Source of the DNA: Spirochaetales bacterium | GTDB taxonomy: Bacteria; Spirochaetota; Spirochaetia; JABEVK01 | NCBI GenBank assembly: GCA_037142615.1 | Contig: JBAXAI010000001.1 | Location: 128,001 to 192,000, forward strand | Direction: 5' to 3' | DNA length: 64,000 nt | Shown: positions 14,756 to 24,348 of the stretch, piece by piece | How positions within the stretch are numbered: the stretch's first letter is position 1 | How the letters are laid out: each line of letters starts with the position of its first letter | Position numbers and translations under genes: made by a program | Notes under the pieces: generated by a model | Database searches by the model: none | Told to the model about the DNA's origin: nothing | What the model saw: the letters and a program-made list of their open reading frames with translations, nothing else

Positions 14756-16217
14756 GGCCCAGCAACTGGCTGCCGACCGCGAAGCGGAAGTCCGCTTTGG
14801 CTTTCCATCGCTGTTGCTGATGGAGCAGGCAGCGGCGGCCCTGTTTGCCGAGTTGGCGGGCTGGACCAAGCGGCGGGGCATCACGGGCCCCTGGGTTATT
14901 CTGGCTGGAAAGGGCAATAACGGCGGCGATGGCTGGGCACTGGCTCGGTACGCGTTTCTTGCCGGCCAAGCCGTACAGGTCGTCCAATGGGAACCGCCGA
15001 CCGCGACCAATGCGGTGAGCATGGCCGACATTGCTGGTCGTCTGGGAATCCCCGTGTGCTCCTGGGGCACCCCGGAAGCGTTGGCCCTTGTCACGCATGC
15101 TGGGGTTCGCATTGATGCTTTGTGGGGTGCTGGGTTCCGGGGACCCTGGCGTCAGGAGGATCGCTCCCGGATGGCTGAACTGCTGAGCCTTTGTAACCTT
15201 TACCCCGCGCCCGCTGTGGCCGTCGATCTCCCCAGCGGCCTCTGGTCTGGTCACCGACAGGACGACCCGGTGCTTCCTGCCGAGCTCACCTTGGCACTCG
15301 GGTGGCCCAAGCTGACCTGCTTTCTGCCGGGACTGCGATCGTGGTGCGGTACCATAAAGTCGCTGGCGCTGGGCTATCCGGCCGACGCCAAAGCGGTCGC
15401 CCAGGGGCTGGAGGTTGGCGACTTTACCACGTTGGTGCCCCGAATGCCGTCCGGTTCTCACAAGGGCACCCGTGGCGCTGTGGCCTTGGCAGGCGGCGCG
15501 CCCGGCATGAGTGGAGCTCTGCTCCTCGCCGCACGGAGCGCTGCAGCAGGCGGGGCCGGCGTCGTGAGCCTGTACACCGACGACGAACTGGTTCCCACTT
15601 TGGCCCTGGCGGAGGCTTCGTTTCAGGTCAGGCCGACTTCGAGAGTTACGTTGGCGAAAGCTAAGGCCTGGGTGGCAGGTCCGGGCTGGGGCAGGGCCCC
15701 TGAGCGCGCCAAGCAGCTCGAAACGATCCTGGGCTTGTCCTGTCCGACCGTGATCGATGCCGATGGACTGGTCGCCTGGAAAGTTCTCGTGGAGCAGGGC
15801 TTTCGTCACGGGGGGCAGCCGCTGGTGCTGACTCCGCACCCCGGCGAGTGGGCCCGCCTGGTAGGGAGTGACGAGCGCAGCCTCGAGCTGGCACAAAGGC
15901 TGGCCGGCGACTGGAACTGTATCCTTGTGCTCAAGGATTCGGCCACTTGGCTCGTAAGTGCCGATCAACTTGCGGTGTGGGACGGTCAGGAACCCGGACT
16001 CGGAACCGGCGGAAGCGGGGATTGCCTGGCCGGCCTGATCGGTGCCTACCTGGCCCGCGGACTTCCGGCTTGGCAAGCGGCTGCGGCGGGGGTAATTGCT
16101 CACGGATGTGTTGGCAGCCGACTCGCTCGCAGTTCGGGTTGGTTCACAGCAAGCGACCTTCCCGGGGCCCTGGCCCGCTTCGAAAACGAACAACGTCAAA
16201 ACGGAAACAAGGGGTAA
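14736..16217 (+). CDS. nnr: Bifunctional NAD(P)H-hydrate epimerase/dehydratase
   Basis: LLMEQAA, GKGNNGGDG, DLPSG, HKGTRG, GPGWG, LTPHPGE, GTGGSGDCLAG. Confidence 0.93.
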   Translation: MYRLVSEAQQLAADREAEVRFGFPSLLLMEQAAAALFAELAGWTKRRGITGPWVILAGKGNNGGDGWALARYAFLAGQAVQVVQWEPPTATNAVSMADIAGRLGIPVCSWGTPEALALVTHAGVRIDALWGAGFRGPWRQEDRSRMAELLSLCNLYPAPAVAVDLPSGLWSGHRQDDPVLPAELTLALGWPKLTCFLPGLRSWCGTIKSLALGYPADAKAVAQGLEVGDFTTLVPRMPSGSHKGTRGAVALAGGAPGMSGALLLAARSAAAGGAGVVSLYTDDELVPTLALAEASFQVRPTSRVTLAKAKAWVAGPGWGRAPERAKQLETILGLSCPTVIDADGLVAWKVLVEQGFRHGGQPLVLTPHPGEWARLVGSDERSLELAQRLAGDWNCILVLKDSATWLVSADQLAVWDGQEPGLGTGGSGDCLAGLIGAYLARGLPAWQAAAAGVIAHGCVGSRLARSSGWFTASDLPGALARFENEQRQNGNKG

Positions 16218-16220
16218 CGC

Positions 16221-16667
16221 ATGGTTCAAGTCTATTTGCTGCTCGTGGTTCTCAACGCGGTTTCGGGACTGGTTCTCGCTCGAGCCGGGCTCAAAGTGGC
16301 GCTTCCCGTCTGGGACGGTGTCTTCGCCGCCTTCGAGTCCAAGGTTGTCCGGGGAATCCTCGGCGCAGGGACTTTCCTCACGGGGTTCGTTGGTCTGATC
16401 TTTGTCCTTCCGGGTGATCAGCTTTTCGTCGGGGATTTATTTCCGTCGGTGAGCGCCCTGCTCGCGGGAACCACGCTCATGCTTGACTTCTATGCCCCTT
16501 CCGAACGCTCCGCAATAGAACCGAATCCTGACGAATCGGGCAACGCCGAACCGACACGACCAAGGCCAATAGACGATCTGCTGGTCAAAAACCGCGTACT
16601 GGTCGGGTTCGTGGCCCTCACGTTCGCTCTCGTGCATTTCTTGGTTCCCGGGATCATCCTTCTGTGA
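16221..16667 (+). CDS. Hypothetical integral membrane protein (about 4 TM helices)
   Basis: Hydrophobic segments; tightly coupled between nnr and the Nudix gene. Confidence 0.75.
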   Translation: MVQVYLLLVVLNAVSGLVLARAGLKVALPVWDGVFAAFESKVVRGILGAGTFLTGFVGLIFVLPGDQLFVGDLFPSVSALLAGTTLMLDFYAPSERSAIEPNPDESGNAEPTRPRPIDDLLVKNRVLVGFVALTFALVHFLVPGIILL

Positions 16668-17053
16668 GTTCACGGGTTTCGGTGTGCGGCTTGGCCCAGA
16701 AAAATGGAGCTTTCCTCATCGTTCAACGCCAGGCGGGAGGAAGTCAGGGCCTCAAGTGGGAGTTTCCCGGGGGCAAGGTCGAACCCGGCGAGTCCCCTCA
16801 AGAGGCTTTGGCCCGCGAATGGAACGAAGAATTGGGGCTGACCGTCACTGTCGGTGCATTGCACCACAAAACCACCTTCTCCAACGGCCCCAAGGACTAC
16901 GAATTGCAGGCGTGGGAGGTTGAACTCGGGCCCGGGTCGCTGGAACTCCGCGACCATCTTCAAGCCACCTGGGTTCCTGTGTCGGAATTGCTGTCCTACG
17001 ATCTTTCGGACTCCGACCGCAAGATCGCGCAATTTCTTGTCGCATCGGATTGA
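16664..17053 (+). CDS. MutT/NudG-like Nudix hydrolase
   Basis: Nudix box [27 protein letters not shown]. Confidence 0.9.
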   Translation: MSSRVSVCGLAQKNGAFLIVQRQAGGSQGLKWEFPGGKVEPGESPQEALAREWNEELGLTVTVGALHHKTTFSNGPKDYELQAWEVELGPGSLELRDHLQATWVPVSELLSYDLSDSDRKIAQFLVASD

Positions 17054-17103
17054 ACCAATACATTGAGGCGGGTAAACTGAGCCCGAAACAAAAGGAGATT
17101 TCC

Positions 17104-17850
17104 ATGTATAAACTTGTGCTGATCCGTCATGGCGAAAGCGAATGGAACGTCAAGAACCTGTTTACCGGTTGGGTCGACGTCGATCTGGCCGCGAGTGGCA
17201 TGCAGGAAGCCCTTGAGGCTGGCGAGGTGCTCAAGAGCGAAGGCTTCACCTTCGACCTCGGCTACAGTTCGATGCTGCGCAGGGCCAACAAGACCCTCAA
17301 CACGGTGCTCGACAAGCTGGATCTGCTCTGGATTCCGGTGAAGAAGACCTGGCGCCTGAACGAGCGCCACTACGGTGCGCTTCAGGGCCTGGACAAAGCC
17401 GAAACTCTCGAAAAGTACGGCGATGAGAAGTTCAAGCAGTGGCGCCGAAGCTATGATGTCCCGCCGCCGCCACTCCCTGCCGGCAGCAAGATGGCTCCCG
17501 CCCTGGATCCCCGCTATGGCAATGTCGCGCCCGAGGAACTTCCCGCCACCGAGTGCCTCAAGGACTGCGTCGCACGGGTGCTGCCGTATTGGTTCGTTGA
17601 AATCGTTCCCCAGCTTCTGGAAGGCCGGAAAATCATCATCGGCGCCCACGGCAACTCGTTGCGCGCCTTGCTCAAACATCTCAAGGGCATCAGCGAGAAA
17701 GACATCGCCGAACTCAACATTCCCACGGCGATCCCGCTGGTCATCGAGCTCGATAAAGACCTGAAGTACATTCGAGACTACTACGTTGGTGACCAGGCCA
17801 AGATTCAGGCCAAGATTGCTGGAGTTGCCGCCCAGGGCCAAAAGAAGTAG
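17104..17850 (+). CDS. gpmA: 2,3-bisphosphoglycerate-dependent phosphoglycerate mutase
   Basis: [30 protein letters not shown]; AAGGAG SD before ATG 17104. Confidence 0.97.
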   Translation: MYKLVLIRHGESEWNVKNLFTGWVDVDLAASGMQEALEAGEVLKSEGFTFDLGYSSMLRRANKTLNTVLDKLDLLWIPVKKTWRLNERHYGALQGLDKAETLEKYGDEKFKQWRRSYDVPPPPLPAGSKMAPALDPRYGNVAPEELPATECLKDCVARVLPYWFVEIVPQLLEGRKIIIGAHGNSLRALLKHLKGISEKDIAELNIPTAIPLVIELDKDLKYIRDYYVGDQAKIQAKIAGVAAQGQKK

Positions 17851-17868
17851 ACCACGGCACGGTTTGGG

Positions 17869-18450
17869 ATTACCACCCGGTTCGGGTGTACCCTTTGCGG
17901 CGACTGCTGCACTGGCGACCAGACCGTGTTCCTCGGGCCTGACGATTGGGCCCTCCTCGCGAAGTTCCAGCAATTTGAGGGTCTGACGGCCCTCAAGGAC
18001 GAAGGGCTTGTGCGGCTCGCGAGTTTTTTCGTGGGCGCCACCGAGAGCGTCTTGAGGCCCGCGATTGCCTTCCGAACCTGGTACTGGAAGGGCCCTCATC
18101 ACCAGTGTCCGTTCTTGGTGAACGATTTGACCCAGGGGTCGCTTCGTGGTCTGTGCTCCCTGCATCCCCAGTTCAAGCCTTTGGTTTGCCGCCTTTCCCC
18201 GTTAAGCCGAACAGTCGAAGGACCGCCGGGTACGGCCCTGGAAACGTGGTCCCTCGTTGCTCCCGTGGAAGGGTGTCCCGGCATGGGTCGCGGCGAGGTT
18301 CTCGAGCCAGTCAGGCCACCCGCGTTTTCCGTCGCGCTTGACCGCGAGGCGAAATGGGTGCTTCAATTAGTCGGCGACAGAGAGCAGTTGCAATCGGAAG
18401 ATTCGGCTTGGAATTACTACTTGCACTCTGCGCCAGCTTTCGATCGCTGA
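17869..18450 (+). CDS. YkgJ-family (CxxCxxCC) Zn/Fe cysteine-cluster protein; start codon uncertain
   Basis: In-frame FGCTLCGDCC at 17881-17910, upstream of the called GTG 17926; later CPFL, CSLHPQFKPLVCRLSP and CPG motifs. Confidence 0.8.
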   Translation: MTTRFGCTLCGDCCTGDQTVFLGPDDWALLAKFQQFEGLTALKDEGLVRLASFFVGATESVLRPAIAFRTWYWKGPHHQCPFLVNDLTQGSLRGLCSLHPQFKPLVCRLSPLSRTVEGPPGTALETWSLVAPVEGCPGMGRGEVLEPVRPPAFSVALDREAKWVLQLVGDREQLQSEDSAWNYYLHSAPAFDR

Positions 18451-18457
18451 GGTTATT

Positions 18458-19804
18458 ATGAAAAGTTTCCCTGCCACCGCCACAGCGTGGCTTCTCGCTT
18501 TGCTGGTTCTGGTGTCCTGCCAAACGACGCCACAATCGACTGCAGGTCCGACTGGTCCTTCCAATTTTGAGAAAGGGAGCGGCGTGTTCGGTGGCAAGCG
18601 TATTTCAGCCTATTACAGCAGTTCCAACGTCTACAAGAAAGACTATCAGGTGGCCGACATTCCGGCCGCCAACCTGACCCACATTTTCTACGCGTTCATG
18701 AAGATTGACCCAGCGACCAAGACCATCGCCTTGTACGACGAGAATGCCGACATCGTGAAGAAGACCGGAAACGAGCCTGCCGGCCTGGGCTACCGGGGGA
18801 GTTTTGCCCAACTGTACCTGCTCAAACAGAAGAACCCCCAATTGCACCTCATTGCTTCGGTCGGCGGTGGCACACAGTCCGACCAGTTTTCGGACATGGC
18901 GGCCTCGGCAAAGACGCGAAAGGCATTCGCCGACTCCGTTGTCGTATTTCTCAAGAAGTACAGCTTCGACGGTGTGGATCTGGACTGGGAGTTTCCGGTA
19001 GAGGGCGGGGGCGCTAACGTCGTCCATAGCCCCAAGGACAAGGCCAACCTCACGCTGCTGCTTTCGGCATTGCGCACCGCTCTTGATGCCTCTTCGAAGG
19101 CCGACTCCCGCACTCCCTACGAGCTTGGTTTGACCGTTTCGCCCAACCCGGCCTACGGCAAGAACCTCGAAATAGGCGCTATCGCCAAGTTGGTAGATTT
19201 CCTGAACTTGATGACGTACGACTACCACGGAGCTTGGGACGACACAACCAACCACTTGGCTCCGCTCTACGCCGACCCCGAGTCTCCCGAATATCGCTGG
19301 CCCTCTGGACGCAAACTCAACGTCGACGGAGCCGTCCAGTACTATCTTGAGAACGGAGTTCCGGCGGCAAAGCTCAACGTCGGCATCCCGATGTACGGTG
19401 TAGCTTGGCAGGTGCCTGCGGCTTCGCCCAAAGGCCTTTTTGTCAAGGAAGCCGCCGGCGCCCAAATCGACAAGTCGGTGAAGACCGGAATTGTTGACTA
19501 CGCCTCGGTTCAACAACTCGTCGCCAAGGGTTTGCATCCGTTTTGGGACGAAGCCTCACACGCTTCCTACCTATGGGACAAGGACTCCGGCCTGTTCGTC
19601 AGCTATGACGACAACCGGTCTACGCTCGACAAGCTGGACTACGTGATCGAACGAAAACTGGGCGGGGTGATGTTCTGGGAACTTTCCCAAGACCGTGGCG
19701 GTGACTTGCTGAACCTGACGGCCTGGTCGCTGAAGCGCCAGGTGCTCAAGGCGTTGGGGCCGGACGTGAACCCGGCCCCCACCGTCACGACCCCAAAACC
19801 CTAA
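18458..19804 (+). CDS. GH18 chitinase, lipoprotein
   Basis: Lipobox LVSC; LTHIFYAF, SVGG, catalytic FDGVDLDWEFP, MTYDYHG, GGVMFWELSQD. Confidence 0.92.
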   Translation: MKSFPATATAWLLALLVLVSCQTTPQSTAGPTGPSNFEKGSGVFGGKRISAYYSSSNVYKKDYQVADIPAANLTHIFYAFMKIDPATKTIALYDENADIVKKTGNEPAGLGYRGSFAQLYLLKQKNPQLHLIASVGGGTQSDQFSDMAASAKTRKAFADSVVVFLKKYSFDGVDLDWEFPVEGGGANVVHSPKDKANLTLLLSALRTALDASSKADSRTPYELGLTVSPNPAYGKNLEIGAIAKLVDFLNLMTYDYHGAWDDTTNHLAPLYADPESPEYRWPSGRKLNVDGAVQYYLENGVPAAKLNVGIPMYGVAWQVPAASPKGLFVKEAAGAQIDKSVKTGIVDYASVQQLVAKGLHPFWDEASHASYLWDKDSGLFVSYDDNRSTLDKLDYVIERKLGGVMFWELSQDRGGDLLNLTAWSLKRQVLKALGPDVNPAPTVTTPKP

Positions 19805-19816
19805 TCTTGCAGGCTC

Positions 19817-21400
19817 CTAGACCCCGAGTAGCTGGGCAAACGCCTTCAGCGCGGGGTCCATGTTGCCCTTCGACAGCACGGCCTTCGTCAGCACCTTGCC
19901 CAACTGCACGCCTTCCTGATCAAACGAGTTGATGTTCCACAAAAGGCCCTGGAACATGACCTTATTCTCAAAGTGGGCCAAGAGCGCCCCGAGAGTCTCC
20001 GGGGTCAGTCGGTCGGCCAAGAGCAGGCTCGAAGGTCGGTTTCCGGCGAAGTTTTTGTTGGGTTCGGCGGCGTTCGGCGAGCCCTTGGCAAAGGCCACAA
20101 TCTGAGCGGCAAGGTTGGCTTTGAGCTTAACCTGGCTCGTCGAACCTTCGCTGACAACATCGCTTGCGGCCTGCGAATCCCGGAAGGCAATGAACTGGAG
20201 CGGCACGCGGTCCGTGCCTTGGTGGAGTTCTTGGTAAAAGCTGTGCTGTCCGTTGGTTCCCGGTTCGCCGAACAGTACGGGCCCCGTGGCGTACTTGACG
20301 GGCAGATTGGCCCTGTTGACACTCTTGCCGTTGGATTCCATGTCAAGCTGTTGCAGGTGGGCTGGAAAACGGCTCAGGGCCTGCGAGTAGGGCAGAACCG
20401 CAGTGTAGGGCATCTTGAGTGCGTTGCGTTCCCAAACACCGATCAGTGCGTCGAGCAAGGCCGCGTTCTTGCGGAAATCGGGTTCCAGCGCAGCCTTGTC
20501 GGCTTCATGGGCGCCGGCCAGAAACCTGGCAAACACGTCAGCCCCCAAAGCCAGCGTCAGGATGGCCCCGCCTACCGCCGAGGTAGAAGAATACCTGCCG
20601 CCGATGAAGTCATCGATGTAGAAGCTGGCAAGGTATTTCGGGTTCCTTGCCAAGGGACTGGTTTCACTGGTCACGGCAATCATATGCTTGTCGCCGTCGA
20701 GGCCGGCCTTCTTGAGCGTTTCGCGAACGAAGTTCTCATTGGCCAGAGTCTCCTGCGTGGTACCCGACTTGGAGACCAGAATGAAGAGAGTACTCTCGAG
20801 CCTTACCGAGGCCAGCACGGCCGCCGCATCATCAGGATCGACGTTGGAGATGAAGTGGGCTTTCATGGCGAGGGACTTCTTTTCTTGGAGCACCCACTGT
20901 TCCAGGGCGAGCACCATGGCCCTGGGGCCAAGGTCCGAGCCCCCAATGCCTACCTGCACGACCGTGTCGAAACGTTTGCCGGTGCTGCCCTTGAGGCTTC
21001 CTGCATGAACACGGGCCGCAAAGGCAGCGATCTTTCTGGTCTGTTCGGCGTAGAACTTACCGATGTCCTTGCGGTTCAGCCGGACTGTCTTCCCCAAAAC
21101 TCCCCGCGTCAAATGGTGAAGCACCATTCTGTTTTCGCCCGGATTCATCCAGGCGCCATCGAAGAGGGCTTGATACTTTCCCAGTACCTGCTGTTCTTCG
21201 GCGAGTTGCCCCAAGAGTGCCAAAGCGGAATCGTCCACGGCCTTGGCGGCATAGTTGTACACCCAACCAGCCGCACCGGCGACTTGGTAGCGCTTGACCC
21301 GCTCGGCGGTCAGCAAAGATTCCAGCGAAGGAACCTGGGAACCTTTGAGCAGAACTTTGCCTGCCTTCGTTTTGTCTAGATTCCGATAACTCAGTCTCAT
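19817..21400 (-). CDS. pgi: Glucose-6-phosphate isomerase
   Basis: GIGGSDLGP, SKSGTTQET, GGRYS, QQLDMESNGK, GTNGQHSFYQ, NSFDQEGVQLGK. Confidence 0.97.
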   Translation of the reverse strand: MRLSYRNLDKTKAGKVLLKGSQVPSLESLLTAERVKRYQVAGAAGWVYNYAAKAVDDSALALLGQLAEEQQVLGKYQALFDGAWMNPGENRMVLHHLTRGVLGKTVRLNRKDIGKFYAEQTRKIAAFAARVHAGSLKGSTGKRFDTVVQVGIGGSDLGPRAMVLALEQWVLQEKKSLAMKAHFISNVDPDDAAAVLASVRLESTLFILVSKSGTTQETLANENFVRETLKKAGLDGDKHMIAVTSETSPLARNPKYLASFYIDDFIGGRYSSTSAVGGAILTLALGADVFARFLAGAHEADKAALEPDFRKNAALLDALIGVWERNALKMPYTAVLPYSQALSRFPAHLQQLDMESNGKSVNRANLPVKYATGPVLFGEPGTNGQHSFYQELHQGTDRVPLQFIAFRDSQAASDVVSEGSTSQVKLKANLAAQIVAFAKGSPNAAEPNKNFAGNRPSSLLLADRLTPETLGALLAHFENKVMFQGLLWNINSFDQEGVQLGKVLTKAVLSKGNMDPALKAFAQLLGV

Positions 21401-21412
21401 GGGACACTCCTT

Positions 21413-21745
21413 TCAATGGATCAGTGACAATCCCTTCTCCAGGAATTGCCGGACTTCTTCTTTTGTCTTGCGACGCTCGTTCACCAGACGGTAAACCTCG
21501 CGGCCAGCGTGGAACAGGATGAAGCTGGGGATACCCGTCACTTCCTGTTCCTGGGCGACCGCTGGCAGTTCATCGATGTCCACCTGGAGGAAAGTGACCT
21601 TTCCTGAAAACTGGGTCTCCAACTCGGGTAGACTCGGCTTCAGATAGTGGCAATCCCCGCACCAAGAGGCCGTAAAACTCACCAACAGCGGCGTGTCGGA
21701 GGCCATGGCGCGCGACAGATCCTGGGCGGAGGCAACGCTATTCAT
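21413..21745 (-). CDS. Thioredoxin-family protein (WCGDC, YtpP-like)
   Basis: FTASWCGDC and GIPSF; start at 21745 or 21754. Confidence 0.88.
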   Translation of the reverse strand: MNSVASAQDLSRAMASDTPLLVSFTASWCGDCHYLKPSLPELETQFSGKVTFLQVDIDELPAVAQEQEVTGIPSFILFHAGREVYRLVNERRKTKEEVRQFLEKGLSLIH

Positions 21746-21845
21746 GTGTTCCATTGTCTGACATTTTGCCTGTTTGGCAAGGGCGGAGGCCGGGTATTTT
21801 GATTTTTGGACGCGATTGGGTTACTGTGGAGGCTGGGGTGATACC

Positions 21846-23543
21846 ATGGCACGAGCGGCGAAACAGACCTTCCCTTCCTCCGAGAAACGGCATGTCATCC
21901 TCCGCACCGGCGAGATCCTCGGTTTGGTTGTATCCCACGGGTTCGGCTACCTCTTGGCAAAGCCCGAACGTCGACGCGGTGAAGCGAAACTGCGCGGCAA
22001 GAAAGGTACTTCCGGGGTCCTGGCCCTCCCTCCCAGTCGCTGGGTGCGTATCCGTCTGCTACTGGAAGCTCTTGGTCCGACCTTTATCAAGATGGGCCAG
22101 ATGTTCTCCAACCGCCCCGATCTGCTCCCCGAGGAGCTTCTGATCGAACTGAGGAAACTCCAGGACGGGGTTCCAGGTTTTGCCTTTGCGCAGGTGAAGC
22201 AAATGCTCGAGTCCGACTACGGTCAGGCCCTCGATGCGATGTTCCTCCGGTTTGAAGAGGTCCCCCTGGCCAGTGCCAGCATCGCCCAGGTGCATACCGC
22301 AGTCCTCAGCTCGGGGCAGCGTGTGGCCGTCAAGGTTCTCCGGCCAGGCATCGAGAGCCAGGTCGCCACAGACCTCGAGATTCTGTCGCGGATCGGCCTT
22401 TGGTTCGAAAAGATCATCCTGCGCTCCGACGTCATCGATACTCAGGGCATCCTTCGCGAGTTTACCCGGACGATGGAACGCGAAATGGACTTCCAGAACG
22501 AAGCGCTCTACCTCGAGAAGTTTGCCGCGAACTTTCGCGGGGACCCGGATGTGCTGGTTCCCAAGGTCTACCGGTCCCACAGCGCCAAACGCGTGCTCGT
22601 CATGGACTTCATCGACGGCTTGCACCCCCTCGACTGGGATGGCTACCGCCAGCACGGACTTGACCGCAGGAACATCGCCCGCAAAGGAGCCCAAGCGCTC
22701 CTCAAGCAGGTGTTCGTGCACGGGTTCTTCCACGCCGACCCTCATACCGGCAATCTGCTGATTCTGCCCGATGGCCGCATCTGTTTCCTGGACTTCGGCA
22801 TGATGGGCATCATTTTCGAGCGTTACCGAATCGCGCTGGCCCACATGCTGCTGGCTGTCGCACAAACGGATGCCCCCGCGCTGACGGCGGCGCTTCTGAG
22901 CTTGTCGACCAACCCGGATCCTGGCGACAGTACCGCCCTTGAAGAAGATGTCTTCGTTCTTCTGGAAACGTTTTCGCACGTGCCGCTGGCCAAACTCGAT
23001 CTGACCGCCTTTCTCGAAAAGACTGTCACCATCATCCTCCAGCACCGGCTTTCCATGCCCCCTTCGTTGTACCTTCTGCTCAAGGCCCTGCTCACCATCG
23101 AGGGTTTTGGACGGCAGCTCGATCCGGATTTCGACCTGGTTTCAGAAGTGGAACCCTTTGTCAGGGAAGTATTTGCCAAGAAGCTCGACCTGGGCAAGGC
23201 AGGCGGTAGGAGCGCGGAGTCGGCCCTTGACTACCTGTCGCTGGCGGCCGACCTCCCGGGCGAGTTGCGTCAGGCGTTGACTCAACTCAAGCGGGGTAGA
23301 CTCAAACTCGAGATCGACAAGGAAACGCTGGACCCTATTCTCCACAAGGCCGACAAGATTTCCAACAGACTCGCCTTTGCGCTCATTGTGACCGGGGGTG
23401 TCATGGCGTCGGCGACAGCGTTGCAGTCGAAGATTCCGCCGTTGTGGAACGACATCCCCATCATTGCCATCATCGGATTCACCGGAAGCTTCGTGCTGGG
23501 CTTTGCCCTGGCGATTTCCATCTGGCGCTCAGGGAGGTTCTAG
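21846..23543 (+). CDS. UbiB/ABC1/AarF-family atypical kinase
   Basis: LGPTFIKMGQ, ASASIAQVH, VAVKV, FFHADPHTGN, LDFGMMG; two C-terminal TM helices. Confidence 0.92.
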   Translation: MARAAKQTFPSSEKRHVILRTGEILGLVVSHGFGYLLAKPERRRGEAKLRGKKGTSGVLALPPSRWVRIRLLLEALGPTFIKMGQMFSNRPDLLPEELLIELRKLQDGVPGFAFAQVKQMLESDYGQALDAMFLRFEEVPLASASIAQVHTAVLSSGQRVAVKVLRPGIESQVATDLEILSRIGLWFEKIILRSDVIDTQGILREFTRTMEREMDFQNEALYLEKFAANFRGDPDVLVPKVYRSHSAKRVLVMDFIDGLHPLDWDGYRQHGLDRRNIARKGAQALLKQVFVHGFFHADPHTGNLLILPDGRICFLDFGMMGIIFERYRIALAHMLLAVAQTDAPALTAALLSLSTNPDPGDSTALEEDVFVLLETFSHVPLAKLDLTAFLEKTVTIILQHRLSMPPSLYLLLKALLTIEGFGRQLDPDFDLVSEVEPFVREVFAKKLDLGKAGGRSAESALDYLSLAADLPGELRQALTQLKRGRLKLEIDKETLDPILHKADKISNRLAFALIVTGGVMASATALQSKIPPLWNDIPIIAIIGFTGSFVLGFALAISIWRSGRF

Positions 23544-23545
23544 CT

Positions 23546-24079
23546 TTGGCAGAACTCGAAGCATTGAAGACCAAAACAACGGAATTGCTCACCGAAGGCT
23601 GGCGAAGCGGCCTGCTTACCGAAGAGGAGTACACGTGGCGCTCCGGACATGTGACGGGCGCCCGTGACGTCGGCGAGCTCGAAGCGCTGGTCTCGGACCT
23701 GCTGGAAGACAGGCCCGTTGCCTCTTCCAAAGCCCTTGCCTCACGGGCGGCTCCCCATTTGTCGGTGCTCGGGAGCCGGCGCGTGGCCGCGAGTCAGCTT
23801 GCCCTTGCCGATACGGCGTTGTCAGTCCTAGGGAACTTGGAACTCGACTACCGAGGCTTTCCCTTCGCGAGCCGTCAGTCGCTCCAACTTGTTTCCGTAC
23901 TGGGCGAAGCCCTTGTGATCATCCCTCCGGGTATCAGGGTGAAATCGAATCTTCTCCCCGTGCTGGGAGAAGTCAGTCTGGCTCCGTCGCCAAAGGTTCT
24001 CGGTCCCGAAGCCCCGGTCCTGGAAATCATGGCCGTTGCTGTTCTCGGATCGCTGCGCGTCGTCTACAGAGAGTCCTGA
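23546..24079 (+). CDS. DUF1707 (SHOCT-like) + LiaF/DUF2154-like domain protein
   Basis: GLLTEEEYTWR..ELEALVSDL N-domain; SVLG repeats, LELDYR, VIIPPG; TTG start after GGAGG. Confidence 0.7.
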   Translation: MAELEALKTKTTELLTEGWRSGLLTEEEYTWRSGHVTGARDVGELEALVSDLLEDRPVASSKALASRAAPHLSVLGSRRVAASQLALADTALSVLGNLELDYRGFPFASRQSLQLVSVLGEALVIIPPGIRVKSNLLPVLGEVSLAPSPKVLGPEAPVLEIMAVAVLGSLRVVYRES

Positions 24080-24145
24080 AAGGGATTGAAGACCTTCGGG
24101 AATCTTGCTAGTATTTTGACGTCAAGCAAAATAAAGGAGAACTCT

Positions 24146-24313
24146 ATGGCCCACAAAATCAGTGATGCCTGCGTCGCCTGCGGCGCTTGCCTCGATTCCT
24201 GCCCCGTCGATGCGATTTCGGAAGGCGATATTTACCTGATCAACGCCGACACCTGCACGGATTGCGGTGCGTGTGCGAGCGAATGTCCCACGGAAGCCAT
24301 CTCTCCGGCCTGA
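24146..24313 (+). CDS. 2x[4Fe-4S] clostridial-type ferredoxin
   Basis: CVACGACLDSCP and CTDCGACASECP; AAGGAG SD. Confidence 0.95.
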   Translation: MAHKISDACVACGACLDSCPVDAISEGDIYLINADTCTDCGACASECPTEAISPA

Positions 24314-24348
24314 TTTGTGCCGATACTTAGGCCAGGAGTACTGTTCCC

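Noticed and set aside
17848-17850. Pyrrolysine or alternative genetic code to explain the in-frame TAG
   Set aside because: TAG ends many genes here at their expected C-termini (gpmA, secA, pgi, mutS2, nusB), and no pyl genes are in the window
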